Counted from the stretch's first letter, positions 11,344-22,758 are shown. The stretch: 64,000 nt of DNA from Nitrososphaerales archaeon (GCA_965197925.1 CBDAOC010000019.1:1-64000), one strand, 5' to 3'. Notes: generated from the sequence alone by a model not told the origin. Program-made: numbers and translations.

Positions 11344-12430
11344 GAGGCATGGGCATTATTCCATATAACAAAAATAACTTGATGTCTCTGATTGATTAAC
11401 TTCCCAACATGTGCTTCAATGCCCTTAATGGTCTTCCTGTCAAGTAGTTGTAGTATACCATCAGCTGGTATAGCAATATAGAAATCAGAACGATGCTCCT
11501 AGCTAACCCTCTAACAGGTAGTTGGGTCTATATCAAATACATCCTTTATCTGCTCTGTCAATGGTTCAACGCTTATGCTCCTCCGAGAATATACATGCTC
11601 AAATTCCGATTGATAGAATTGCAGCAATGCCAGTCTATTATTATCTGTAGTATGCCTGTACCTTTCCAATGGGAATACTGGATACCCTCTATACCTGCTG
11701 AAATCACATAACTTGTGATCATCATATCCTTCATCTTCTACAACATACCTTACCATTCCTGTAGGCAATGAAGATGTTATGCTTTCATACATCTTGTTAT
11801 CAGTAATGTTAGCTGTTGTGAAATCAGCTGATAATGGAACTATCAACGAACCTGTGCTACATGCTAGATGCAGTTTGTATCCGAATATCCATCCCTTGGT
11901 TCTGCTGAATCCCCATCGAGCATCTGTATCTATACCTGAGCGTGGCACTTCGTTCTTCTTCATGTTTGATCTATGCCATACATGTCCCTTTGCTTTCAAC
12001 AATGAACTGTCAACGGATACTATGGCTGGGTCTACCAACCCATCTTTTATGAAGAGCATACCCATAGCACCTATCCTTGATCTTATGTCAATTGATATGG
12101 CCTTGACCTTCTGTCGAATGTTCTTCTGTCTGGCAACCTATCAAGACCACATGCCTTCATTACCTTCCTGTTGTATGGCATGTCTATCGAAAAATATTCA
12201 TGTAACACATTGTTGCCTGGTATTCTTATCCATACTCTAACGATGAAGCATCTCACCATAACTGTAGGAGAATAATAAAATGGTCTACCCTTTTTCCTAT
12301 TAGGTTTTGACCAAGGAATCACGTCAATCAAAAATAATATACGAAGGAGTATAGAGTCTGAGCTAAACATATTACCAATGAAAATTGAAACCTGATCTTA
12401 TCGTTTCGAACTAAATTACGCCCAAGCCTC
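11344..12430 (-). mobile_element. IS family A copy, frameshifted
   Basis: Same termini and transposase as 6446-7537; flanks ATATAGTT/ATATAACT are an imperfect 8-bp match. Confidence 0.92.
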
Positions 12431-12796
12431 ATATAACTACAGCATATATTTTCCTCATGTCAATCATGGCTTCTTATTACCAACAGACTTCTCTGTAGTC
12501 AATGCTATTAGATTGAAGCAATTCTTATTGGAATATAGATGTCCAGTTTTCCACAACAAATCTGAGGATGTTTGAACGTTCATGACATCTTCAAGAATAG
12601 AGATGATATCCAAACCAAAAAATCTAGTAATATTATTTGTAATGAAGAACCTACCAAAAATGTCCCTTAAAAGAATAATCCTATATGATCAACCTTTTAC
12701 TTTTGCATTACTGTTTGAATTGTATATATGACAAAATATTTTGCAATCCGAATTCCACAAACGTTAATTAATAGGATTATGATTGTATCATAAAGA

Positions 12797-13135
12797 TTGG
12801 CAACATTCAAGTTGATAGTTGGAGAACCAGATGGTAAATCTTCTTCCCATGAACTAAAGGATCAGCAAGCGCAGCCATTGATTGGGTTGAAAATTGGTGA
12901 TGTATTTGATGCAACGGTGTTAGGCGTCAAAGGAAAGATCAGAATTACCGGAGGTAGTGATAAATCGGGGGTACCGATGAGGCCAGATTTACATGGTGGT
13001 GTAAAGAAAAATGTACTGCTACCAAAAGGAGTTGGTTTGCAGAATATAGAATATGGATCTAGGAGAAGGAAGCTAATCAGAGGCAATGTAGTTACTGAGG
13101 AAATTTACCAGGTAAATGCGGTTATAACTAAATAG
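12797..13135 (+). CDS. rps6e: 30S ribosomal protein S6e
   Basis: LIGLKIGD, ITGGSDKSGVPMRPD, RRRKLIRGN. Confidence 0.95.
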   Translation: MATFKLIVGEPDGKSSSHELKDQQAQPLIGLKIGDVFDATVLGVKGKIRITGGSDKSGVPMRPDLHGGVKKNVLLPKGVGLQNIEYGSRRRKLIRGNVVTEEIYQVNAVITK

Positions 13136-13254
13136 AATTAATAATTATAGGAATTACATTACAATGTATTCAAACCACTAAATGATCTATATAAAATCTG
13201 TTTACTCAAATATGCAACGTAAACCTTCTCCGTATATATCAATTTGCCTCATCA

Positions 13255-13584
13255 ATGTTTAGGAGGTGTATGAATACGAAATCTACATATGTATCAGCAA
13301 TAACAAATGGATTGGAAGCTGTTGCTACCATACTAAGTGCAGTGAAGGTAATATCGGTCTCTGTAAAATCGCTTGCATCGATATCGGAGGAAAGTAAGCA
13401 TGTCAATACAGGGCATAAAAAGGGTGTAGGTCTAGGTATCCATAAGTGGGTCCTAATAGCTGGGGCACTTGTAGGAGTCATTACAATAGCGTATCTTGAA
13501 AATATAGTCTCACATATTAGACCGAAGAGAGCTGTTAGCGAGCAGAATCAACGAGAAAATGTTCAAGATGTTTATGTCAATTAG
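13255..13584 (+). CDS. Hypothetical single-pass membrane protein
   Basis: Hydrophobic stretch WVLIAGALVGVITIAYL. Confidence 0.4.
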   Translation: MFRRCMNTKSTYVSAITNGLEAVATILSAVKVISVSVKSLASISEESKHVNTGHKKGVGLGIHKWVLIAGALVGVITIAYLENIVSHIRPKRAVSEQNQRENVQDVYVN

Positions 13585-13621
13585 TAGATGTGACAATTAT
13601 TATCACTAAAATCCCCTTTTT

Positions 13622-14158
13622 TTAATTCTCAAGCTTAAACACTACAGTAGCAGGAGTAAGTTCAAAATCTACTTTTTTCTTGTAAACATCATCAAGTATA
13701 ACTTCAAACAGGGTTTTCAAGTATAATGACCATTTCATATTCAAATCATGTTGTATTATGAATTCATGATTTTTACCATTAACTGCATGCTTTTGTGCAA
13801 ATCCAGATATTTTATTCCTTGCCTCTAGCCATTTTAAGAAGGAGTCTAGATCGTAACTACTTTCCATATAAAGAATCTCTTGCTTGGCTACGACTTTACC
13901 AACTTTTCTAACCAGTTCTTCTATTCTTTTATCATCAATTTCATCAATTAGAACCATCAATAATCCCCTTGTTATTGGAATAAAACCTGCCTTCTGGGCA
14001 TCCCTTTCCCATTCAACATACCTTCTAAAAATGCGGTTAGCAAGAACATTAAGACTGATTTCTTCCTCCCCTGCCTCCTCCCGCAAATTTTCAACGAGAT
14101 CCTCATCAAGGCGGAAGGACATCACAGAAGTTCTCTTCCTCTTAAACCCTGCGGGCAT
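13622..14158 (-). CDS. Ribbon-helix-helix-type protein with C-terminal domain
   Basis: SVMSFRLDEDLVENLREEA..ISLNVLANRIF is RHH-like; likely start MPAGFK at 14158 (track start 14251). Confidence 0.65.
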   Translation of the reverse strand: MPAGFKRKRTSVMSFRLDEDLVENLREEAGEEEISLNVLANRIFRRYVEWERDAQKAGFIPITRGLLMVLIDEIDDKRIEELVRKVGKVVAKQEILYMESSYDLDSFLKWLEARNKISGFAQKHAVNGKNHEFIIQHDLNMKWSLYLKTLFEVILDDVYKKKVDFELTPATVVFKLEN

Positions 14159-14257
14159 CGCCAAATATATTGGTAATTCATTAATAAACTTGGCGTATAA
14201 GGAACTGATTTCATTAAGACAAAGATTAACATAGCCCTCATCTAGTAGCATATTTCA

Positions 14258-15523
14258 ATGCATTGGAGAGATAACTTACCGGAATGGTATATTGATCAAT
14301 ACGGTTGTCAGCCGTGTATTAACATTGGTACTGCAGGACATGTAGACCATGGTAAGACTACGTTAATTGAAGCCATCACGGGGATGTGGACAAGTGCGCA
14401 TAGCGAGGAACTCAGAAGAGGAATTACCATTAGGGTTGGATATGCAGACGCGGCATTCTACAAATGTCCATCATGTGAACTCTCTGTTGGTTATTCAACT
14501 TCATTAGAATGCACAAACTGTGGAGGAAAGAGTGAACTACAGAGGGTTGTTAGTTTCGTAGATTCGCCGGGTCATGAAAGTCTTATGGCTAATATGCTTT
14601 CTGGGAGCGCGGTGATGGATGGTGCGATTTTGGTAATAGCTGCAACTGAAGGCGTAGCAAGACCACAAACTCGCGAACATTTTCTTGCATTACAAATATT
14701 GGGAATTAGAAATATTGTGATAGCACAGAACAAAGCTGACCTAGTGTCATATGAAGATACCATGGATAATAATAAACAGATATTAAATTTCATCAAGGAC
14801 AGTAGCGCTGCAAAATCTCCAATAATACCCGTTTCCGCGCAACATAAATTAAACATAGATGTGCTGATTCAAGCAATAGAAGAAAACATTCCAACTCCAA
14901 AGAGAGATAAGAGTGCAGATCCTGTCATGTATGTTTTGCGATCATTTGATGTAAACAAACCAGGTACACCCATGGAAGAAGTCAAAGGTGGTGTTGTAGG
15001 TGGCGCCCTCGTGCAGGGTGAATTTAATGTTGGTGAAGAGATAGAGATCAAACCAGGAATTTTTGACGAAAAAAAGGAAAAATACGAATCTATAGTAACT
15101 AAGATTGCGAGTCTGGGCACTGGAGCAGGTATGGTAGATACTATAAAGCCTGGAGGATTGGTTGCAATTGCCACCAAACTCGATCCATCGTATGTAAGGA
15201 GTGATTCTCTTATTGGTTCTATAATAGGCAAACCTGACACATTGCCAGAAGATAGAGGAAGTGTGACTATTGAAACACAACTCCTTGAAACTGCAGTTGG
15301 AACTCCAGAACTTGTGAAGGTTGACCCAATTAAGACAAACGAACCACTAAGGCTTAACATTGGAACCATGGCTATACTTGCCACTGCTAAATCGGTAAAG
15401 GGTGACAATGTGGAAGTAAGCTTCAGAAGACCAGTATGCGTTTTAAAACAAGGGAGAATCGCAATAAGTAGAAAGATAGCCGATAGATGGAGGCTCATAG
15501 GTGCAGGAGTAGTCCTTGCCTGA
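14258..15523 (+). CDS. eif2g: Translation initiation factor 2 subunit gamma
   Basis: NIGTAGHVDHGKTT, RGITI, Zn ribbon, DSPGHE, NKAD, RWRLIG. Confidence 0.97.
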   Translation: MHWRDNLPEWYIDQYGCQPCINIGTAGHVDHGKTTLIEAITGMWTSAHSEELRRGITIRVGYADAAFYKCPSCELSVGYSTSLECTNCGGKSELQRVVSFVDSPGHESLMANMLSGSAVMDGAILVIAATEGVARPQTREHFLALQILGIRNIVIAQNKADLVSYEDTMDNNKQILNFIKDSSAAKSPIIPVSAQHKLNIDVLIQAIEENIPTPKRDKSADPVMYVLRSFDVNKPGTPMEEVKGGVVGGALVQGEFNVGEEIEIKPGIFDEKKEKYESIVTKIASLGTGAGMVDTIKPGGLVAIATKLDPSYVRSDSLIGSIIGKPDTLPEDRGSVTIETQLLETAVGTPELVKVDPIKTNEPLRLNIGTMAILATAKSVKGDNVEVSFRRPVCVLKQGRIAISRKIADRWRLIGAGVVLA

Positions 15524-15887
15524 AGTAATTTGCGATACCAGTTTTCTCATTCCACTTTCCAATAAACCTACTAAGGGATTGGATGACTTGGAAGCAAGAT
15601 TAGGCAAGATTAACCTGCTTATTCCAACGGCGGTAATAAAGGAATTGAATAAACTAATATCTTCAGCGGGAATCAAACGCGCAAAAGAGGCCAAAAATAC
15701 CTTGGAATCTATAAACAAATTCAAGACTGTGGAACTCCAAGGTGCAAATGCTGACGAAGCAATCCTAGACTATGCATCAAAACATAAATGCATAGCAGCG
15801 ACCATTGATGATGAGTTAAAAAATAAGTTAAAGAATAACGGCATAAATGTGATTACTCTTTCAAATAATAAATTAATCATGGTGTAA
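15516..15887 (+). CDS. PIN-domain protein (Fcf1/Utp24-like)
   Basis: VICDTSFL, VIKEL, ADEAI, ATIDDELK; usual neighbour of eif2g. Confidence 0.85.
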   Translation: MPEVICDTSFLIPLSNKPTKGLDDLEARLGKINLLIPTAVIKELNKLISSAGIKRAKEAKNTLESINKFKTVELQGANADEAILDYASKHKCIAATIDDELKNKLKNNGINVITLSNNKLIMV

Positions 15888-16830
15888 CCCCTGACTATGA
15901 ATTCTATATCACTTGGCCCTAGGAAATAGGCAGTTAATTTGCAAAATAATCATTCCTCTATGCCAAAATCAATTAAACTCTTGCATCCTTTCATTGCAAC
16001 TTACGAAGGTTTTGAAAGATGGTTAGGTAAAAGTGGAATCGAAATTACAATTTTCCTCAAATAGGACATCGAGGAGTAATCATCATTCACAGATTTATCG
16101 ATCTAGAAAATAAATAATATTCACTTTGTTTCCTTTCATTTTTTCGCCTATGAAGAACATGTATCTTGGAAGTTCTTCAAGATTAGAATTAGACCGCATC
16201 AATTTGATCATCTAGAGTTCTTGTTTAGTTTAATTTGCTTTGTTTGTTTCTTCTTTACTCAACAATGTAAAATTTCTGCCCAATCATCGCATTCATGACC
16301 AAATAAATATGCAAGCATCACTTTCATATAACAATGTAGCTGGTATTTATGGTGTTTCCAAAAATCTAAGTTCTAGGCTTTCTTTAATGAATATAGATTG
16401 ATATGCAACAAATGCAATCAGTTTTAGTCAATAACTTACCCAATCCCCTACTTGCAAGATAGAAATCGATATGGATCTAAATGAAAAGATGTTTCAACCT
16501 TTTAGTAAATTTATTGATAAGTGGTAGTAAAGGTACTAACTATCATATTCGACATCAGAAATATATTCTGTAAATCTCCTTTTTTGTATTAAAGTATAAG
16601 GTTATTTTTTACTTTTCTACACTTCTTTTTCATCTATATATGTCAAAAAATTAAATCCAAAAGTTACCATCTATTCAGTTAACAATATCAAAAGAATGAG
16701 GACTATGATCAATAAAAAGCCGGAAATAGATATTGATTCATTGACCCCTTGAGATGGGTCCAAAAGGCAATCAATCCAACCAACCACAAGTGATCCTTCA
16801 GCCCTACTCATATTCGACAAATGGAATAAT

Positions 16831-17717
16831 CAACTCATCTCAAAACTAACCATTTAGACAATTTTTAGCGACCATTTAGATCTATGAATAGCATCTATGA
16901 ATAGCGACATCTAAAATTATTTTATGAAATTCCAAGAATTATCAGACAAACAGTGGAGTATGATGGAATCACACATACCACCACATGCAAAAACTGGCAG
17001 GCCTAGGGATTATGATAGAAAAATCATTAACGGAATAATCCATGTTCTAACTACTGGATGCCGATGGGACGATATGCCAAAAAGATATGGTGATGATTCT
17101 ACTGCAAACAGAAGGTTAAACAAATGGCAACAAAAAGGAATCTGGAAAAAGATTCTATCACGTACTATTCACTCAGCACATAAATCTGGCAAAATTAATC
17201 TACAAAAAATATCAGTTGACTCTTCATCCATTCCTGATAAAAAAGGGGCAATGTAACTGGATATAATGGATTCAAGAGAATAACAGGTACAAAAATACAT
17301 GCCGCAGTAGAGGGTAACGGATTTCCAATATCCATACTGTTGAGTCCAGCAAATGAACATGACAGTACAAAATGCATGGATGTTACAGGATCAATTTCAG
17401 ACTATCTTGATGATGATTCAATACAACAGATAGAACCAGTTTATGCAGACAAAATGATGCAAAATACATCAGAATGTATTTGTGGGATAGAAATATTGCA
17501 TGTTGCATCCCATACAAAATAAATTCCAAGTTCATCTTGCAAAATAATGATTACAAACATTACAACAAGACAAGATTTGTAGTTGAGAGATTCTTTGCAT
17601 GGCTCAAGAATGGATTTCACAGAACAAGAATCAGGTATGAAAGAACGGCAGAAAACTATCTGGCATTTGTTAATCTTGCATCATTTTTGATGTATTGTAG
17701 GGTTTTGAGATGAGTTG
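16831..17717 (+). mobile_element. IS family B copy (near-identical to 9570-10456)
   Basis: Same TIRs; 3-bp TSD AAT/AAT. Confidence 0.93.
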
Positions 17718-17992
17718 AATATGTCTCATTCTACAATAATTTACCGAGATAATGCTTGTAAGATTCTTCCAGATATGAAAATATAGACCCATGAGTTCAC
17801 AATCACTCATATCAGAGCATGCCTACATATATCAAGAGGTAGATAAATCATGACAATGCTAGGGAAATTAACAATCATACCGCTGCAAAACAGGGTTAGA
17901 TTCTTCTTTTTATGATCATTACCAAGTTTAGGTCATCAAATATGAAATACTGATTCAAAACCCTTAATTTTTAGTTTTATCAATAATATAGT

Positions 17993-18649
17993 ATGTTAGA
18001 ACATAACGGTATCAAAATGACTTGGTTAGGGCATGATTCATTCAAGATCAGTAATGGCAAAATGTTGTATATAGACCCATATGATATTAAGTCAGAAGAT
18101 AGAGCAGACTTGTTGTTGATTTCTCACGACCACTTCGACCATCTAAGTATGAATGATTTAAAAAAAGTCACAAGTGTTAATACCAGCATTGTAGCATCAA
18201 CACAATGTGCAAATGCTATTAAAAATGTAGGCTCCAAGGAAATCATTATAGTGAAACCCGGAGATAATGTGAATGTACAAGGAATAGGAATTGAGACTGT
18301 TGCGGCTTATAATATAAACAAGATAAACCCTGATACAAAGAAACCATATCATCCCAAGGAACACAACAATGTTGGATTTGTATTGACCATCAACAACGTA
18401 AGAATTTATTATGCTGGGGACACTGATGTTATTCAAGAGATGGAAAACATACAGACGGATATTGCGTTGTTGCCAGTAAGTGGAACATATGTAATGACCG
18501 CAGAAGAGGCGGCTGAAGCTGTAAGAATGATAAAACCAAAAATTGCAATACCCATGCATTATGGTGCAATTGTCGGAAGTGAAAAAGATGCAGGAAAGTT
18601 CAAACAACTTGTAAGAGAATGCGATGTAAAAATTCTGAACAAAGAATGA
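17993..18649 (+). CDS. Metallo-beta-lactamase-fold hydrolase
   Basis: WLGHDSF, SHDHFDH, YAGDT, IPMHY. Confidence 0.9.
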   Translation: MLEHNGIKMTWLGHDSFKISNGKMLYIDPYDIKSEDRADLLLISHDHFDHLSMNDLKKVTSVNTSIVASTQCANAIKNVGSKEIIIVKPGDNVNVQGIGIETVAAYNINKINPDTKKPYHPKEHNNVGFVLTINNVRIYYAGDTDVIQEMENIQTDIALLPVSGTYVMTAEEAAEAVRMIKPKIAIPMHYGAIVGSEKDAGKFKQLVRECDVKILNKE

Positions 18650-18667
18650 AAACAGATGTAAATCTGA

Positions 18668-18683
18668 TAAAACCTTAAATACA
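18668..18683 (+). promoter_or_regulatory. Putative BRE/TATA promoter for the basic microprotein
   Basis: AAAACC-TTAAATA about 25 bp upstream of ATG 18705. Confidence 0.5.
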
Positions 18684-18704
18684 ATGCTTATTGACATTAA
18701 CGCA

Positions 18705-18845
18705 ATGGTTGCGCGTGCGAAAGCAAGTAAGAGTAAAAAAACAACAAGTAAAGCAAAAAGTAAATCACCAAGTAGGTCAACAAGTAAAGCAAAAAGTAAA
18801 TCACCAAGTAGGTCAACAAGTAAAGCAAAGCCAAGAAAGAGATAA
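18705..18845 (+). CDS. 46-aa Lys/Arg/Ser-rich protamine/histone-H1-tail-like protein
   Basis: MVARAKASKSKKTTSKAKSKSPSRSTSKAKSKSPSRSTSKAKPRKR*; 18 K+R, no acidic residues; 36-bp internal repeat; T-rich tract downstream. Confidence 0.7.
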   Translation: MVARAKASKSKKTTSKAKSKSPSRSTSKAKSKSPSRSTSKAKPRKR

Positions 18846-19116
18846 AGAAGTTACTCTTGCAAAAAAATTCAATGGTCCTTTTAGGTAAACTCTTCCTCTT
18901 TTTATTATTTTTAGAATGGTAAAGATATTTATGCAAACTGTTGATTTAGTGTTCTGCAAAGATCATTGAATAATTTATTGTTATCACTAAATACAAGTGA
19001 TTATGCTATATTGTTTAGACTGTGATGCAATAACCGAGTTAAGGATGAACTTAACAATACGACTTCAAGATTCCAGAATGACTATACCTTAAAATACCTA
19101 TACATTAGGAGATTTC

Positions 19117-21801
19117 ATGATCATGGAAAAGGAACAACTAATCAAAGCTAGCAATTCCATTCACTTTAAGTTCAATAGAAAGCATTTGATGGTTATCACG
19201 GTATTAGTAATTGCATTTGCAACATCGTTCATGCTGCGCTCTCTCCCTTTGCAGTACGGTTTCGTCCTAAATGAATTCGATCCATATTTCGATTTTCGTG
19301 CCACGAACTTCTTGATTGATAACAGTATGTTTGAATATTTCACATGGCATGACACCATGTCATGGCACCCTGAGGGAAGAGATATTGCAGCAACGTCACA
19401 GACTGGACTACATTTGGTCACAGCGTTCCTTTATAAGGCATTTGCTTTTGGAATGCCGCTTTATGACTTTGTTGTGTGGTTCCCAGTTATTTTTGGCTCC
19501 TTCACAGCGATTGTCCTATTTGCTCTGGTTAGAGTAATCTCCAACACATCAGCAGGGCTATTCGCAGCTCTTTTCTTTGCAGTTTCACCTGCAATCATCC
19601 AACGAGGAAACCTTGGATGGTTCAAATCTGAGCCTTTGGGACTATTCCTTGCTTTACTTGCTATCTATCTCTTGCTGAGTGCGTTGAAACATGACGATAT
19701 TCGTGTGTCAATTTCAAAAACTATTGGTGGTGGTCTGCTACTTGCGCTCGGTCTGGCATCTTGGGGAGGAGTGCATTACTTTAGTTTGTTATTAGGATTA
19801 TTCTTTATTGCAATACCCTTCTTTAGAAAGGATAGAAAGCCTTTGTACGTGATACCTACATTTGCTTTGGCTTGTGTACTGGTAGCATCAGCATTTCCAC
19901 GTATTGGTGAACAATCAGGCAATATGTTTCCTTTCTCACTTGCGGGTCTATCACTATGGATACCTGCGTTAATGTTCGTTGGAGTATCATACATAATAAG
20001 AATTAAGAGCAAAGAAAGAAAGCAGTTAAGAAATCTGTTTGCATGGCTTGGTGCATTCATCGTTGGAGTTGGTGTATTCATTGCTGCTGGTTCGTACATA
20101 GCTCCAGGTTTCAGGTATGTCAGTGTGATTAATCCATTTGACAAGGCAACCATCCCCTTGGTAGAATCAGTCGCAGAACACTTTACTCCCACGTTGGTAG
20201 ATTATTTTGCTAATTACTCTGTGTTGATTCTATTAGCTGGCTATGGTGTGCTACTCTGCTTTAGGAAGCGAACCGATATGTCAATATTTGCTTTGATACT
20301 AGGGATTACAGGTATCTATGTAAGTGCTTCCTTTTCAAGACTTATGGTCTTCTCTTCTATATCTATAATCGTACTAGCATCCATCGCATTGTATGAAATT
20401 ACATCTTCCATATTCATTAGAACACAAGTTACTTCAATTCAGACAAAAAAGAAGGCGAAGGTTCAGCCAACTGGAAAGGACTTTCGCATTGCATACGCTG
20501 CGGTTATGATAACGATGCTTTCAGTCCCTATGTTCTTTCCACCACAAGCAAGCTGGGTTTATGCGACAGACATTCCTCCAAGTATAGCTAATGGTGCTAC
20601 CAGTTTCAGGTTAACTTCAGATGATTGGTTTGAAACTTTGAAATGGATCAAAAACAACACTACACAAGATACTGTCATAGCATCTTGGTGGGACTATGGT
20701 TACTGGATAACAACCATGGGAGAAAGGACTACACTGGCAGATAATGCGACCATTAATTCAACTAGAATAGGACAGATAGCAAAGGCGTTTCTTTCAGAAG
20801 AGCAGATAGGTGTGCAGATGCTCAAGGACATGGATGCCGATTATGTCTTATCGTATGTAGTGGGTCGAAGAGCACACGTTCCTGATGGTACCAATTTGGT
20901 GCTACTTGGGGGTGGTGGAGATGAAAGCAAAAAGCAGTGGTTCATGAGAATTGCTGGTGCAGATGAATTCAAATATTTGGAGGATGATGGTTTTACCCCA
21001 ACCCCATTATTCTGGAATAGTACGCTTCTTGGGAAGATGTTCCCAGTGGCACCTGCTGCTTATGTTAAACTAGATGAACAAGGATCATTTGCTGATATGC
21101 AACCAGAGTATACCAGTGGTTATGTGCCATTATATACTGAGATGGTGAAATATCCTAAAGATAGCGATGGGCCTCTTAGACTTGCATATGCATCTCCAAG
21201 TTTTGTAAACAAAGGCCAGAATACAATGTTAGCCGTGATGATTTACGAGATTGTTAAAGATTTTCAAGCATTAGACAAACCTGAGAAAGAAGTGATTGCT
21301 GTAGAACAACTTCCATCGAACGAGTTTGCTATACTTCAGACAGATTTTGGTAACATAACTATACAGTTATTCCCGGATTTGGCACCTAAAACAGTAAAGA
21401 ATTTCCAACAACTTGTTGATTCAGGCTTTTACGATGGAATAAAATTCCACCGCAACATTCCTGGATTCATGGTACAGGCAGGTGATCCCAACACCAAAAC
21501 AGAAGATAAATCGATGTGGGGCTTTGGAGGACCCGGGTATAACGTTCCCGCAGAGATAAGTCAATTGAAACATGAGAGAGGTATAATATCCATGGCTCAT
21601 CCTGGAGATCCTGATAAGGCTGGCTCACAATTCTTTATAGTTGTTGAGGACTCTTCACACCTCGATGGTGGTTACAGCATTTTCGGCAAGGTTGAGGAAG
21701 GAATGGAGGTGGTGGATGCTATAGTATCACAACCAAGGGATGAGAGAGATATTCCAGTTAATGATATACTTATCCAGAAAGCCTACACTTTCAAGAAGTA
21801 G
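19117..21801 (+). CDS. aglB: Oligosaccharyltransferase AglB/STT3 fused to a C-terminal cyclophilin PPIase
   Basis: EFDPYF, SVAEH, WWDYG, TLADN; then APKTVKNF..FYDG..FHR..FMVQAGDP..AGSQFFI. Confidence 0.93.
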   Translation: MIMEKEQLIKASNSIHFKFNRKHLMVITVLVIAFATSFMLRSLPLQYGFVLNEFDPYFDFRATNFLIDNSMFEYFTWHDTMSWHPEGRDIAATSQTGLHLVTAFLYKAFAFGMPLYDFVVWFPVIFGSFTAIVLFALVRVISNTSAGLFAALFFAVSPAIIQRGNLGWFKSEPLGLFLALLAIYLLLSALKHDDIRVSISKTIGGGLLLALGLASWGGVHYFSLLLGLFFIAIPFFRKDRKPLYVIPTFALACVLVASAFPRIGEQSGNMFPFSLAGLSLWIPALMFVGVSYIIRIKSKERKQLRNLFAWLGAFIVGVGVFIAAGSYIAPGFRYVSVINPFDKATIPLVESVAEHFTPTLVDYFANYSVLILLAGYGVLLCFRKRTDMSIFALILGITGIYVSASFSRLMVFSSISIIVLASIALYEITSSIFIRTQVTSIQTKKKAKVQPTGKDFRIAYAAVMITMLSVPMFFPPQASWVYATDIPPSIANGATSFRLTSDDWFETLKWIKNNTTQDTVIASWWDYGYWITTMGERTTLADNATINSTRIGQIAKAFLSEEQIGVQMLKDMDADYVLSYVVGRRAHVPDGTNLVLLGGGGDESKKQWFMRIAGADEFKYLEDDGFTPTPLFWNSTLLGKMFPVAPAAYVKLDEQGSFADMQPEYTSGYVPLYTEMVKYPKDSDGPLRLAYASPSFVNKGQNTMLAVMIYEIVKDFQALDKPEKEVIAVEQLPSNEFAILQTDFGNITIQLFPDLAPKTVKNFQQLVDSGFYDGIKFHRNIPGFMVQAGDPNTKTEDKSMWGFGGPGYNVPAEISQLKHERGIISMAHPGDPDKAGSQFFIVVEDSSHLDGGYSIFGKVEEGMEVVDAIVSQPRDERDIPVNDILIQKAYTFKK

Positions 21802-21961
21802 GCTCTTCCATGTAACGATCCACTATTCTATACCTGGCATATTTGTCGTCAGGTGAAAATTTTGCAGGATGTGGATTGTGGGTCTTCATTCCACAACTTG
21901 AGCAGTCTTCCTTTAATGTGTATAAATTACAAATGAAGCATTTTTTTAATAGGTATTTCAA
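21791..21961 (-). CDS. nop10: H/ACA RNP subunit Nop10
   Basis: Hand translation KYLLKKCFICNLYTLKEDCSSCG..PHPAKFSPDDKYARYR; TTG start overlaps the eIF2 alpha stop. Confidence 0.92.
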   Translation of the reverse strand: MKYLLKKCFICNLYTLKEDCSSCGMKTHNPHPAKFSPDDKYARYRIVDRYMEEPTS

Positions 21962-22758
21962 GATTGCCGTCTCTTCTTTGACTCTTCCCTTGTAAACTTG
22001 AATGTTCCACTATTTTTTTTCATTTCTTCCTCGATCTTTTGTATTGATGTGTTCAACATCTTTTCCGCTATCTTGAAGCTTTCAGCATTTACCGCTATTC
22101 TGTATTGTGGCGCACTTACATATGATATTTCTAATCCCCCACTACTATTTTCTTCAGAACTTTTTAAGACCTTCTTTATGATGTCTATACCATTTGGCTT
22201 TCTACATGTAATTTCCAACACTCCTCTAACTTCCATGGTAGGAACGGGTATTTTATTTGCAACCTCTTCTATTGCAGTTATGACTTCTCTCGGAAGATCA
22301 AGATCTTCTATTACCTTTATACCCTTCTTAGCAATAGATTCAAAAATGTCGTAAAGCATAGGTACCCTATCAGTTAAAATTTCAGAATATTTATTCACAT
22401 CCTGATCAGACAATTTACATCTTTCCTTAATGAGATCCATAAACGCCCTTGCTTTTTCTTCTTTCTTAACCTCTATAATTTTCTCTTTCTTTTGTTCTCT
22501 TCCAACCTGTTTAAGTGACAAATCTACTTCTGCTCTTGTTCTATTTACTCTTATCACCTTCAAAACAGCCTTTTGTTTCACTCGTACATATCGATCAATA
22601 TGCCTTACCCATCCAGTTGCAATTTCTGATATATGCAAAAATCCCGTCATCCCACCATATTCGTCTAGTGTGACGTAAGCACCATGAGATGAAACATCCA
22701 TTATAGTGGTGATTACGATCTCTCCCACTTCGGGCAATGCTTTAACTTCCGTAGTCAT
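21958..22758 (-). CDS. eif2a: Translation initiation factor 2 subunit alpha
   Basis: LPEVGE, GAYVTLDEY, LHISEI, VDLSLK S1 domain; APQYR. Confidence 0.95.
   Translation of the reverse strand: MTTEVKALPEVGEIVITTIMDVSSHGAYVTLDEYGGMTGFLHISEIATGWVRHIDRYVRVKQKAVLKVIRVNRTRAEVDLSLKQVGREQKKEKIIEVKKEEKARAFMDLIKERCKLSDQDVNKYSEILTDRVPMLYDIFESIAKKGIKVIEDLDLPREVITAIEEVANKIPVPTMEVRGVLEITCRKPNGIDIIKKVLKSSEENSSGGLEISYVSAPQYRIAVNAESFKIAEKMLNTSIQKIEEEMKKNSGTFKFTREESKKRRQS

Noticed and set aside
16732..16775. Imperfect hairpin ATTGATT..GACCC..GGGTC..AATCAAT as an ncRNA
   Set aside because: Short, AT-rich, no recognisable RNA family
18691..18936. Track ORFs 18691-18888 (+) and 18697-18936 (-)
   Set aside because: Alternative frames kept open by the 36-bp repeat; the ATG 18705 frame has better promoter spacing and coherent composition
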